64,000 nt of DNA from Candidatus Poribacteria bacterium. Its GTDB lineage: Bacteria > Poribacteria > WGA-4E > WGA-3G. The stretch lies in contig OZ251518.1 in NCBI GenBank assembly GCA_965242965.1, positions 576,001 through 640,000 on the forward strand, read 5' to 3'. Below, piece after piece: positions 48,438-58,290 of this stretch. How positions within the stretch are numbered: position 1 is the stretch's first letter; each line of letters starts with the position of its first letter. Under the pieces are notes generated by a model. It did no database searches and was not told the DNA's origin. It worked only from the letters and a program-made list of their open reading frames with translations. Position numbers and translations under genes: made by a program.

Positions 48438-50273
48438 TTATTTTTTCTCCTGCTGAGGCGTGTCCTCTTTTTTTTCGGGAGTTGGCGCAACTTCCGTTTC
48501 CGCCTTTTCCGCTTTTTTCGTGGGTGCGGCTTTCTCGTCCGCCTTGTCTTCATCCGGTTTGTCTTCTTCCAGCGTTGATGTAGGCGGTTCAATGTCCAAT
48601 TCCGCTTCCACGTTGGGGTCCAACTCCGCTTCCGCGTTGGGTTCCGCCTCTTCAAATGTTGGAAGTTCCGGTGTCGGATACCGTTTTTGCGCGAACGCTT
48701 TCACCGCCGATGCAGAGAGTCCACAGCGCACCTGCACCTGAAAGACGGTTTTCCGATTTTCAGATGCCGATGTGACTTCTCCCAGTTGCACGTTCGTAAA
48801 TACGGAGGAACGGTTGAGCGCGCTGAACAGGGAGTTGATAGCGTTATGAGAGGCGGCTTCTAGGTTAAAAGTGATACGCGCTTGCCCCGGGTCGTTCAGG
48901 TTTGTTACGTTGAGGTTAGTCCAGGCCACCTGCGTCCGGTCGGCGAATGTCGCACTGAGCGCGTGCAAAATGTCCAGCGGCGATGCGTGATGCACCAGCA
49001 TATCCGTGAGTGCCAATTCGCGCGCGAGCTGTGTTTGGACAGTATCCATTGAGCGGGTGAAATCCGTGAGGCGGATATCCATGGATTCAGCCCGATGCTG
49101 ATGCAATCGCTGTAGGGTAAGTCCTCCGAAAAGGATGCCGACTGCCATCGCGCCGCCGAAAGCACTTGCAACCAGCACCTGCCGTTTGCGCGTCGTTTGC
49201 GTGAGCGTCTGCTCCGCTTCTTTCGGTAGAAGTGAGACGCGCGCGTCCGCGTCTAGCGCGTTGAGCGCGACACCGAACGGGACAGCAAACATATCCCCGT
49301 GTTCCTCAAGTCCATCGGCAGACGCGACATCCATCTCCGCGCGCATCGCGCCGAACGGATTCCACAAGCGCGTTGGCATGTTCAGTGCTTCTTCACACAC
49401 TTCGGCGAGTTCGGGCACTCGCGCGCCGCCGCCACACAGCCAGAGTTCCGGAGTCGCAGGGTGTCCTGCTCCTTCTGTCATCTCGCGTTGCGCTGCTGCG
49501 ATAGAACGTTGGATTTCACCGATGAACCGCGCTGTCCAGCCTTGCATCGGTGCATCTCGTGCGGAGAGGTGCCGTTTTTCCTCTTCCGCCGTTTCAAAAT
49601 CAACGTTCTGTGCCTCCATGACGTTTTCTGTTAGGTGGTTGCCGCCGATGCGGAAACTCCGTGAGAAACGCAAGGAGTCGTTCTGCATGAGGCAGAAGTC
49701 TGTCTGTCCGGCACCGATGTCAACGATGATTCTGTCCGGCGAACGGGTTTCTTCTAATCGGGACACTTCCGCGATTGCCACCATTGATGGAATCACCGCC
49801 GTGGGCAACGCGCCCTTCTGTTTCAACGGTTCCATATACTGCTCAACTGCCTGCCGCCGGGCTGATACCAGTTCCACCGACGTTGCTTCCCCGTTCCGCT
49901 GCACGTTGTGATAGGTGAAGATGGCTTCCTCTACCCGGAACGGGAGTTCTGTTTCCGCTGCGAGCGCGACGACGTTCGCGAGCTGCGCATCTGTCGCCGC
50001 CGGCAAATTGACGAGGCGTTTGGTGTTCACCAAATGCCGCGGCAGTGCCACGCCGACTTCGGTTTTCTGCCTGCTGAAAATCGCTTGGATGCCGGTGGGC
50101 GCGCGGTAAGATAAGCGTGCCCACAGCGCGGCAACCGACTGCATCTTATCTCCGCCTGCATGCGCAATGAGACTGGCATGGACGAGGCGGAGTCCTGCCG
50201 CGGTCCGCTCTAATTGAACGATTTTCGCTGTGTTTGTGCCGATGTCTATCGCCACTACCTGATTTTTCGCCAT
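48438..50273 (-). CDS. GspL-like protein (PilM actin-like domain fused to TM/PilN-like domain)
   Basis: VAIDIGTNTAKIV, LPF...E, VDIGAG, IGG..LT, LCGGGA, WNPF, VSLLP + TM + periplasmic domain with acidic tail. Confidence 0.85.
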   Translation of the reverse strand: MAKNQVVAIDIGTNTAKIVQLERTAAGLRLVHASLIAHAGGDKMQSVAALWARLSYRAPTGIQAIFSRQKTEVGVALPRHLVNTKRLVNLPAATDAQLANVVALAAETELPFRVEEAIFTYHNVQRNGEATSVELVSARRQAVEQYMEPLKQKGALPTAVIPSMVAIAEVSRLEETRSPDRIIVDIGAGQTDFCLMQNDSLRFSRSFRIGGNHLTENVMEAQNVDFETAEEEKRHLSARDAPMQGWTARFIGEIQRSIAAAQREMTEGAGHPATPELWLCGGGARVPELAEVCEEALNMPTRLWNPFGAMRAEMDVASADGLEEHGDMFAVPFGVALNALDADARVSLLPKEAEQTLTQTTRKRQVLVASAFGGAMAVGILFGGLTLQRLHQHRAESMDIRLTDFTRSMDTVQTQLARELALTDMLVHHASPLDILHALSATFADRTQVAWTNLNVTNLNDPGQARITFNLEAASHNAINSLFSALNRSSVFTNVQLGEVTSASENRKTVFQVQVRCGLSASAVKAFAQKRYPTPELPTFEEAEPNAEAELDPNVEAELDIEPPTSTLEEDKPDEDKADEKAAPTKKAEKAETEVAPTPEKKEDTPQQEKK

Positions 50274-50306
50274 TTTGTCCCTTTAGGGCTTGCGTAAGTC
50301 CTATCC

Positions 50307-51800
50307 TCAGTCCTGCCGCCAATATTGCACGGTTACCGGGTCGCGGCTTCTGTCAAGGATGCCGACGCACGTCGCTATGACTTTGTTGTTCATATCGATG
50401 CCGGATGCCTCAATGCGATACCCGTGTGAACGATACGTCACCCAATCCACCATTTCGCGGAACGTGCCAAAATCGATTTCCTGCAACTCCATCAGTTGTG
50501 CAATGTCCGTAAAAGGGTTGCCTTGGATACCTTGTTCCGCTAAATCTTGTGCCTGCTGGCTGTCAGCGGGTGGCTCTTCTCGGCGCGCCACGATGGCTTG
50601 CGCCTTTGTGTCGTCCATCCCCGGTAACAAAGCCAGCGTTTCCTGCGATGCAGTATTGATGTTAATTAAACCGCTGAGCGTCTCTCCATCTTTTACAGTC
50701 AATTTATCAACGATGTTGACGAACTCCTCCTGCGTCAACAACTTTACCTCTTTGAGCGCATCGACGTTTTGGAATGTGCCTTGCGTGTCGCGATGATTCA
50801 CGATGCGTTCCGCAATGCCTTCGTCAATGCCATCTAACGATTGTAACTCCCCCCTATCGGCAGTGTTGATATTCACCTGTCCGCCGCCTGACTGCTCTTC
50901 TTTTCCTTCCTCAGCGTTGCCGCCCTGGCCGCCTTCTACCGTGATTCGTTCTCGGATGTTATTGAAACGTTCGTCGGAAACGGCTTGGATATCTGCTAGT
51001 GCAGAGAGCGTCTCAAATTCACGTTGCTGGATGAGCGATTCCGCCTCGGCTTGCGAAAAGACCGGTTGCTCCTCTTTCGTCCGAATCCCGGTGAGTTGCC
51101 CTGCATCTGCCGTGTTCACATTGACGCGCGCTTCCCCGTTCGCATCGGTGTTCGCATCTACCGAGTAGACGGTTGCTAAATGAACGAGCCCTGTCGGCGC
51201 AAGTGCTTCCTGTGTTCCAAAAGATGTCGGCTGCGATAGCTCTTGTTCTGGCGAGACTGGAAGACTGCTCGCCGGTTGCTGTTCTCCTTCTCCATACAGC
51301 AGCTCCTCTGTCATCCCCTCTATTCTGGCGAGATCGCCCACGGTGCGATAAGGTTGTCCCTCCTGAATCTGGTTAGCCAACGTCTGAGTGAGACTATCGT
51401 CCGGGGGCGCGCCCGCCAAAGCGAGTAGGTTGAGGATAAGTCCAGCATCTGCCGTATTGACGTTAACTTTTGCCGATTCGTCCGTGACTGCGACGTGATA
51501 GGCGATTAGATTTCCCTGTTGGATGCCGTCTTCCACCTGTCCCTCACGCGGTTCTGCCCACTCCTCACCGAGTGAGTCAAACGGTGTCTGGTCTTCACGT
51601 AGCACGGCGAGTGTCCATTCAAACCCGGCTTTAGCGGCGTAGTGATACTTGGCGCGTTCCAAAAAGTTCCGCTGCGCGCGCTGTTCCAAGTGAATGGAAT
51701 AGAGCATCTGCATCGCGAGGATAGAGAGGATAGTCAATATCCACAGGGTTGAGATGAGAGAGAGTCCTTCATCATTCAAGCGGCTTTTTCGCGATGTCAT
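50307..51800 (-). CDS. gspK: Minor pseudopilin GspK with multiple helix-hairpin-helix modules
   Basis: G|LSLISTLWIL leader, D.L.E.W, DESAKVNVN, GLININTAS...L..LPG. Confidence 0.88.
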   Translation of the reverse strand: MTSRKSRLNDEGLSLISTLWILTILSILAMQMLYSIHLEQRAQRNFLERAKYHYAAKAGFEWTLAVLREDQTPFDSLGEEWAEPREGQVEDGIQQGNLIAYHVAVTDESAKVNVNTADAGLILNLLALAGAPPDDSLTQTLANQIQEGQPYRTVGDLARIEGMTEELLYGEGEQQPASSLPVSPEQELSQPTSFGTQEALAPTGLVHLATVYSVDANTDANGEARVNVNTADAGQLTGIRTKEEQPVFSQAEAESLIQQREFETLSALADIQAVSDERFNNIRERITVEGGQGGNAEEGKEEQSGGGQVNINTADRGELQSLDGIDEGIAERIVNHRDTQGTFQNVDALKEVKLLTQEEFVNIVDKLTVKDGETLSGLININTASQETLALLPGMDDTKAQAIVARREEPPADSQQAQDLAEQGIQGNPFTDIAQLMELQEIDFGTFREMVDWVTYRSHGYRIEASGIDMNNKVIATCVGILDRSRDPVTVQYWRQD

Positions 51801-52678
51801 TGCGGTGGCCCTCCCTGTCCTTCTTGTGCGGGTGGAGCTTGCGGCAAAGCAACCATCGTCGTCTGGCTCATCGTGTTGGGCGGCGTTCCCGTTTGCATCT
51901 GCGTTGTCTCAACGCTTTGAGGACGCGAATCTTCCCCTTTCACGGTGATTAAAACGCGCACGGCATAAGGGTTGCTGTCTTCCTGTTCCCATGAATCATA
52001 CCAAGTCCCTTCGTCACCGAGGTATTTCAGATCGAAGTTGACAATTCCGGTGACGAGTGTTGCACTCTGAAAGTAGACAGGCTCGCCGTTTTCGTCGGTT
52101 TGTGGGACCGTGCCGGTATCCATCAAGGAACCGATAACCACTTCCGGATTAAGCGCAGTAGTTGTCACCCGGTAAAGTGCTAGTTCCTCTGTCTCTGTTG
52201 CGGCGTTCGGGAGTTGGAAGTTGTTCCCGCCGGTGCCTCCCGGCGGCATCTCTGCCCGAACGAAATAGGCGACGCGCTGAACATCGCTCATCAACGGCGG
52301 CACAGCCAAACTGCTGCTCGTTTGTTGGCGACTGGCGTTGAGTTGCGCCAAAAACGGATCTGGGGCTGTCCTCACCAACGTGACGAAACTGAGCATATCC
52401 CGTTCTCCCGAATCAGAAGGCACGTCTTGTGTGTATAGCACAAAATCGGGCTCTTCCGGTGCGGCTTGGAAGTGCTTCAGATCGGTCGCGAGCGTATCTA
52501 ACGCTACCCGAGTCCGCTGAGCGGCGAGTATCTTCGCCCCAGTCTGGTGATAGGCATCAAGCGAGGTTTTGAATACGGCATAGGCTGCACCGGCGATAAT
52601 GGCGAGCACGCTCACAGAGACGAGCATCTCGACGAGGGTAAAGCCGCTTTCATGGGGTGCTGTGTAACGCGTATGCAT
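51797..52678 (-). CDS. gspJ: Minor pseudopilin GspJ-like
   Basis: SG|FTLVEMLV; ..DL..; V.Y; W.DSW...P.AV.V. Confidence 0.8.
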   Translation of the reverse strand: MHTRYTAPHESGFTLVEMLVSVSVLAIIAGAAYAVFKTSLDAYHQTGAKILAAQRTRVALDTLATDLKHFQAAPEEPDFVLYTQDVPSDSGERDMLSFVTLVRTAPDPFLAQLNASRQQTSSSLAVPPLMSDVQRVAYFVRAEMPPGGTGGNNFQLPNAATETEELALYRVTTTALNPEVVIGSLMDTGTVPQTDENGEPVYFQSATLVTGIVNFDLKYLGDEGTWYDSWEQEDSNPYAVRVLITVKGEDSRPQSVETTQMQTGTPPNTMSQTTMVALPQAPPAQEGQGGPPQ

Positions 52679-52743
52679 CCGATGTTCCTCGCTCAGTGGA
52701 CAGTGGACAGTGGACGCAGTTTTTAACCGCGCCCACCGGTTTT

Positions 52744-53136
52744 TTATTGCCCCTGCTGTTTCTGCCTATCCGCCACGTATGTGTGCATAGACATTGAACG
52801 TTCCTTGCCGAGGTGCTGCCATGATACTGTCATCTGAACCCGCCGCACGCCTTGCACCTCTTCGGATTGGACATCTTCCACGATAGACTGCCACTGATAG
52901 CGCGAGTTTTCCCCGAATTCGCCGCTCTCTTCACCCACCTCCGGATAGCCGTTCACCTCAATATCCTCCAGCCGAAATTTGATGAGGTAGAGGGCTGTCG
53001 TCTGATTATCGGAGAGTGCCTGATTTCGGGCTGTTGAGGAGAAAACTTGCAACAGCGCGGGTAGCACGGCGGACAAAATCGCCAGGGTTACCAAGATTTC
53101 AACGAGCGTAAACCCGTGTTCGTTGGAAGTGTGCAT
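52744..53136 (-). CDS. gspI: Minor pseudopilin GspI-like
   Basis: HG|FTLVEILV; G.F...Y.W...V.V.W; start MHTS at 53136. Confidence 0.8.
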   Translation of the reverse strand: MHTSNEHGFTLVEILVTLAILSAVLPALLQVFSSTARNQALSDNQTTALYLIKFRLEDIEVNGYPEVGEESGEFGENSRYQWQSIVEDVQSEEVQGVRRVQMTVSWQHLGKERSMSMHTYVADRQKQQGQ

Positions 53137-53159
53137 GGTTTTTATTTTGCTTCCGCACA

Positions 53160-53300
53160 GCGAGGGACAGGCCCTCGCCCTACGGGACAGGTGCCCAGAG
53201 ACCGTAGTTCGGGATCGCCTGATCCCGAACGGGTACCGTCGCACGGCGAGGGAAACCCGCTCGCATGCGCGTGTGGCATGCGAGGGCCCTCGCCCTACGG
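53160..53300. repeat. REP cluster between gspH and gspI
   Basis: Reverse GTAGGGCGAGGG copies (one loop-expanded) and GTAGTTCGGGATCGCCTGATCCCGAAC. Confidence 0.85.
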
Positions 53301-53333
53301 GACGGGTACCGTGTGTTGTGGAATGCAGTTGGT

Positions 53334-54287
53334 TTATTGAGAACGTTCATTATCTTCAAACCCCAGTTCTGCAACTTCTTCATTCGTAAGTTGTCGGACG
53401 CTGACGCGCCCACTCGCCGCCTCAACGGTGACAGACATCACCCGATTTTGACGATTACGAAGATAAATCTGTGTATCCTCAGAAGACGCAGTCGGCGAGA
53501 AGTAGACATACTCCACTCCCGAATTGGCGTGCGCTGTCTGTCCGTTATGGTTCGTTATCACTGCTTCAAGCGTCACCTGCTGTTCCAACGCCTGCGGCAC
53601 GCCGAGGATGCCGCCCGTGCGCGTTAATCCCTGTTGGACAGTTTCCGCTGCGGTGGTGTTTTGTCGAAAAGTCGTTCCCTCTGTCAGCACCGAAGCCAGC
53701 GGTTCTTGCGGATTGAACGTTTCGCTGGAGGCGAGCCAGCACTGCTCCCTGTCCAGGTCTAACACGACGAGATGCCCTGTCCGTTCCGTGATGGCCATAT
53801 CTCGCGCGAAAACGAGCAGGTTGCGGACAGTTTGCGCCGATGCCTTCAATCGGCGTGTCGAAGCAAAGCCTTTCAGCGCGGGCATGGAAATCGCGGACAG
53901 CACGGCGATGATTGCCATGACGAGGAGTAGTTCCATCATCGTGAAGCCGTGCGCGGAAACGTTTTTGGTTTCTGTCGGGCGATCGCGAGGGACAGGCCCT
54001 CGCGCTACGGCAGCCGGAGCGGTTTTTGTCTTAAACTGGCGATCGCGAGGGACAGGCCCTCGCGCTACGGTGTCCGGAGCGGCTTTCGTCTTAAGCGGAT
54101 GTTCGCGAGGGACAGGCCCTCGCGCTACGGTGTCCGGAGCGGTTTTTGTTTCAAGCGGGCGATCGCGAGGGACAGGCCCTCGCGCTACGGTAGCCGGATA
54201 GACGGTATCCGGATAGGACGAGTGTGCGTCAGTTGTTCGCCTGCTGCCCTGACTGCCAATTGGTAATGTCCGCGTCAAAATTCTCAC
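53334..54287 (-). CDS. gspH: Minor pseudopilin GspH-like with REP-expanded leader (start uncertain)
   Basis: HG|FTMMELLLV, L...A..V...L.FAR..AI, F.P, V....GRV; only in-frame starts seen are GTG 54287 and TTG 54278. Confidence 0.75.
   Translation of the reverse strand: MRILTRTLPIGSQGSRRTTDAHSSYPDTVYPATVARGPVPRDRPLETKTAPDTVARGPVPREHPLKTKAAPDTVARGPVPRDRQFKTKTAPAAVARGPVPRDRPTETKNVSAHGFTMMELLLVMAIIAVLSAISMPALKGFASTRRLKASAQTVRNLLVFARDMAITERTGHLVVLDLDREQCWLASSETFNPQEPLASVLTEGTTFRQNTTAAETVQQGLTRTGGILGVPQALEQQVTLEAVITNHNGQTAHANSGVEYVYFSPTASSEDTQIYLRNRQNRVMSVTVEAASGRVSVRQLTNEEVAELGFEDNERSQ
53980..54192 (-). repeat. Four tandem 60-bp REP units
   Basis: TCGCGAGGGACAGGCCCTCGCGCTACGG at an exact 60-bp period. 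Confidence 0.93.
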
Positions 54288-54717
54288 CCCCTACTCTGCC
54301 ATCTTTGCCGAGGGAATAAAGATCATAGTCGTAGCCAGGGTGTGTGCCTGGATAACGATAGACATAGGCGTTGTTCCAAGGGTCCAGAAAACTCTCGCTT
54401 TTGATATAAGGCCCAGACCAGTTTTGCGGTGTGGGGCTCGGTGCCCGCCACAACGCATCCAAGCCTTGCTCAGTCGACGGGTAATCGCCAATTTGCACGG
54501 CGTAGAGGTCCAAGGCGGTTTTGAGGTTTCCGATTTCAAGCCGTGCTTTTGAGACGCGCGCCCGTTGCGGTGCATCCATGATGCGCGGCGCGATGAACGT
54601 CGCCAAAATGCCTAAAATCACGATAACGATGGTAAGTTCAATCAGGGTTAACCCTGATTCATCCGCAAGGAGAGCATTCCGCTTGCGGGAATTGGCTGTT
54701 CTGCGTTGCGTTTGCAT
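54229..54717 (-). CDS. gspG: Major pseudopilin GspG
   Basis: G|LTLIEL, ALDLY...G.YPSTEQGL.AL, W.GPY, DPW...Y.Y..PG, S.G.DG..GG...DADI.NW. Confidence 0.95.
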   Translation of the reverse strand: MQTQRRTANSRKRNALLADESGLTLIELTIVIVILGILATFIAPRIMDAPQRARVSKARLEIGNLKTALDLYAVQIGDYPSTEQGLDALWRAPSPTPQNWSGPYIKSESFLDPWNNAYVYRYPGTHPGYDYDLYSLGKDGRVGGENFDADITNWQSGQQANN

Positions 54718-54814
54718 GTCAATCTCCTATAACAGTGGCAATCCTCACGGACTGCTGTTGGACTTTAGACCCGGTTAAGGGTAGAAGGTTCTTTTTTTTT
54801 AGGGCTTGCGATTT

Positions 54815-54985
54815 CCGTGAGCGCGTTTTCAAACCGCGCCTAACCTCTGTAGTTCAGGATCGCCTGATCCTGATCCGTTCGGGAGCGGGCACTCCCGAAC
54901 TACAGAAGTGGGCCCGATGCTTTCCGGTATTCGCCCGCCCTCCACGGCGGGATAAATACCGAAACGGAGTTATGAAACACTCTCA
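54815..54985. mobile_element. One-ended MITE-like element between gspF and gspG
   Basis: Ends GAAACGGAGTTATGAAACACTCTCA; same subterminal module as at 41119 and 59591. Confidence 0.65.
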
Positions 54986-54997
54986 CCTAAATCCTTT

Positions 54998-56221
54998 TCA
55001 ACCGCTGAGCAATTGCTGCGCCTCGAAAATCGGCAGAATCATCGCCACAGCGATGAAGCCGATAATGAGCCCCATCAGCAAGATGACGAGTGGGCCGATT
55101 GAACCTGTCAACCGTTCCAGACTCTTCTTAATTTCCAGATCGTAGTATTCCGATAGTTTTGTGAGCATGTGCGCCGGCTCACCGGATTCCTCGCCTACGG
55201 CTACCATGTGCGTGACAAAGGGTGGAAAATCGCTGTTCCTGCTGAGTTCACGGGAGAGCGTGGAGCCTTGTTCGACCTCTTTCTCTGCGGCGGCAACGGC
55301 GTTGCTATACACCTTATTCCCGATTGTATCCTTGGCGACCTGGAGTGCTGGCAGCATGCGCACACCGTTTTCCAAAAGCGTTGCCATCGTGCGCGTAAAG
55401 CGAACAATCGCGAAGGTGCTGAAAATCGAACCGATGAGGGGCAGTTTAATCTTGAATTTATCGAACCAGACCTGGCCTGCCTCCATCTGCATCGCGCGCC
55501 GGACTGCGAAAACGGTGGCAATCACGGCGAGGAGCCCTACCCACCAATATTGCCGAAACGCCCCGGTCGTGCTGATCAGCACTTGTGTGGGGAGCGGCAG
55601 TGCAACGCCTAAGTCGGTAAACATTGCGGCGAACTGCGGCACGACAACAACCATCAGCACTGCGACGGCGGTGATGCTGAGTGTCAACAGAATCGCGGGA
55701 TAGAAGAGCGCGGAGATAACATCGTTTTTGAGGAGGCGCTGCCGTTCGGCGAATTCCGCTAAACGTTCCAGGACTAGCCCAAGCACACCGCCGCTCTCGC
55801 CTGCCTTCACCATGTTAATGTAAAGGTTCGAGAATACCTTCGGATGTTGATTCAGCGCGTCGTGAAACGTCGCGCCGTGCTCGACATCGTGCTTGACTTG
55901 CGAGACGATGCGGCGCAGCGCGGGGCTGTGAATCTGTCCCAGCGTCACCTCCAACGCCCGCGGCAGCGCGACGTGCGCGCTCACCAAGGTAGCGAGTTGG
56001 TAGGTAAAGAACTCGACATCGGCCGATTTGACTTTGCCTTGCCCAATGCGCATCCACCGCGTCACATCGGTTTTCGCATCTTCACCCTCCTCCACAATTT
56101 GCGTGGGCCAGTAGCCCATCTGCCTTAATCGGGAGATGAGTTCGGCTTTGGAGTCCGCCTCCAACGTATTTTTAACGGTACCGCCCCCATGCGTGAGGGC
56201 CTCATATCGGAATCGTGGCAT
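54998..56221 (-). CDS. gspF: Type II secretion inner-membrane protein GspF
   Basis: MPRFRYEA, FTYQLATL, MVKAGESGG.L, YP, VVPQF, RFTRTMATLL, VGEESG, AMILPIF. Confidence 0.95.
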   Translation of the reverse strand: MPRFRYEALTHGGGTVKNTLEADSKAELISRLRQMGYWPTQIVEEGEDAKTDVTRWMRIGQGKVKSADVEFFTYQLATLVSAHVALPRALEVTLGQIHSPALRRIVSQVKHDVEHGATFHDALNQHPKVFSNLYINMVKAGESGGVLGLVLERLAEFAERQRLLKNDVISALFYPAILLTLSITAVAVLMVVVVPQFAAMFTDLGVALPLPTQVLISTTGAFRQYWWVGLLAVIATVFAVRRAMQMEAGQVWFDKFKIKLPLIGSIFSTFAIVRFTRTMATLLENGVRMLPALQVAKDTIGNKVYSNAVAAAEKEVEQGSTLSRELSRNSDFPPFVTHMVAVGEESGEPAHMLTKLSEYYDLEIKKSLERLTGSIGPLVILLMGLIIGFIAVAMILPIFEAQQLLSG

Positions 56222-56320
56222 TTTTTGTTGTTCCTCTCGCTATTGGGACGGACACAAATTCCATACTTGCTCGTTAGTAGACGCGGTTTGCAACCGAAGG
56301 TGCCCTGCGTGAGTCCTCCG

Positions 56321-58114
56321 CTAAACAACGTCCCCCAGGTCGATCTCTTCTTCCTGTGTCAACCGAACGATTTCATCGACGGTAGTCAAGCCAGCGGCAA
56401 CTTTGCGCCAGCCATCTTCGCGGAGGCTCTTCATCCCGAGTTGGATTGCCAGTCGGCGGATCTCGCTCGTTGATGCTTGTTTGAGTGCCAATCCCCGAAT
56501 TTCTTCGTTCATGAACAGCACTTCAAAAATGCCGATTCTGCCTCTGTAACCTCTGCCGCGGCATTCTTGGCATCCTACCGCGCGCGGAATCAGCTGGTCT
56601 GCCGCCACACGCGTTCCGTTATGTCCATTGAAAATGCTGGCGATTTCGTGCATATCGGGTTGATACATTTCACAACACGCGCTGCAGACGCGCCGCGCCA
56701 GCCGCTGCGCGATGATACCTTCTACCGTCGACGAAACGAGATACGGTTCAACCTTCATATCAACGAGCCGCGTGATGGCACCCGGTGCATCGTTGGTGTG
56801 CAGCGTGCTGAAGACGAGGTGTCCTGTCAGCGACGTATGAATCGCCATCTCCGCTGTTTCATAATCGCGAATTTCGCCGACTAGCACCTTGTCCGGGTCT
56901 TGACGTAAGATGTGTCTCAATCCCTCGGCGAAGGTGAAGTCAATATCCGGATTAACTTGGATCTGGTTAATCCCCTCCAACTCGTATTCCACCGGGTCTT
57001 CCAGCGTGATAATTTTGACATCGGGTGTGTTGATTTCTTTCAGGCAGGCGTAAAGCGAAGTGGTTTTCCCACTCCCGGTCGGTCCCGTGGCGAGGATAAT
57101 GCCGTGCGGTTTGCGAATCATTCTGTGAAAAAGCGCGAGGTTATCCTCAGTCAAACCGAGTTCGGCGAGCCCGAATTCAATGGACTGCCGGTCGAGGATA
57201 CGGAGGACGACGCTCTCGCCGTGAAGCGTTGCAACAGTAGGGACTGTCGATACACGCAGGTCGATCTGCCGGTTCCCGACGCTGCCGATTTGTCGGCTAA
57301 TTTTGCCATCCTGCGGCCGCCGACGTTCGGCGACATCCATCCCCGCCATAATTTTGATACGCGAGGTAATGGCGGATTGCAGATACGCGGGCGGTTGCGG
57401 CTGGTCCTCCAAGACACCGTCCACTCGAAACCGAATCTTGAGTTGCGTCGGATAGGGCTCAATGTGGATGTCGCTCGCGCCCATGCGGACAGCATCAATG
57501 ATCATCTGGTCTACGGCGTTAATCACCGTCGGATCTTGACTGAGGTCCTTCTCATCAATGCCGAAGTCATCAATAGTCTCGCGTTCAAAGGTATCGGTTG
57601 CGCCGACAGGGCCTTTGATACCGGCACTCAGCAGGCTTTCTGCTGTTCTGCCGTAAAGTCGGACAATTGCCTCATCAATTTCCGCTTCATCGGCGAGGAG
57701 CGGGGTGATTTGGCAATCAGTGACGAGTTGGATTTCGTCAATGAGCACCACGTTCAGCACATCTGCCATTGCGATGGTGAGGACATCGCCGTCTAACCGC
57801 ACTGGCACGATTTTATTGCGATAGGCGAATCCGGGGGAGACCTTCTCGAGTGCCTCCGGTTCCGGTGTTACGCCTTCCAATTGGATGCACGGTGTGCTGT
57901 ATTCAATGCTTTTCTTGGCGAGTGCGAGTGCTTCGGGCGGCACGTGCTTGGCTAGCACCGCGCTCTCCGATGCCCCGGTCTGCTGCATTTCCGCTAAGAT
58001 TTCCTCGGAGGCTTGTTCCGAGATAAGGGCTGCTTGCCGCATTGTATCAACGATGGAATTATTCAAGTTATGTTGCATTTTAGTGAGTCCTGCTGGCAAT
58101 CTATCAGCCAACAT
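56321..58114 (-). CDS. gspE: Type II secretion ATPase GspE
   Basis: ASDIHIEP, RRPQDG, GPTGSGKTT, TLEDPVEY, LRQDPD, TGHLVFSTLHTN, Cys4 Zn motif; start 58114 or 58078. Confidence 0.95.
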   Translation of the reverse strand: MLADRLPAGLTKMQHNLNNSIVDTMRQAALISEQASEEILAEMQQTGASESAVLAKHVPPEALALAKKSIEYSTPCIQLEGVTPEPEALEKVSPGFAYRNKIVPVRLDGDVLTIAMADVLNVVLIDEIQLVTDCQITPLLADEAEIDEAIVRLYGRTAESLLSAGIKGPVGATDTFERETIDDFGIDEKDLSQDPTVINAVDQMIIDAVRMGASDIHIEPYPTQLKIRFRVDGVLEDQPQPPAYLQSAITSRIKIMAGMDVAERRRPQDGKISRQIGSVGNRQIDLRVSTVPTVATLHGESVVLRILDRQSIEFGLAELGLTEDNLALFHRMIRKPHGIILATGPTGSGKTTSLYACLKEINTPDVKIITLEDPVEYELEGINQIQVNPDIDFTFAEGLRHILRQDPDKVLVGEIRDYETAEMAIHTSLTGHLVFSTLHTNDAPGAITRLVDMKVEPYLVSSTVEGIIAQRLARRVCSACCEMYQPDMHEIASIFNGHNGTRVAADQLIPRAVGCQECRGRGYRGRIGIFEVLFMNEEIRGLALKQASTSEIRRLAIQLGMKSLREDGWRKVAAGLTTVDEIVRLTQEEEIDLGDVV

Positions 58115-58290
58115 TGCTTGTGTATTTTTACCGATGCGCGGGTCTATTATATGATTTTGACGTGAATAGGAGCAAATAGGTTTAATAAAAATGCAGGACG
58201 ATTCAGTTTCAGAGGAATTGTTGGGACAAATTTCTGTTTGTGCCGAGTGTGAGGCGGATATAGAAATCCGCCCTAACCCATTATTTGATA

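Noticed and set aside
41119-54985. Composite transposon formed by the two single TIR ends
   Set aside because: Flanks differ (GTAAAC vs CCTAAA) and the boundary would split gspEF from the rest of an intact operon
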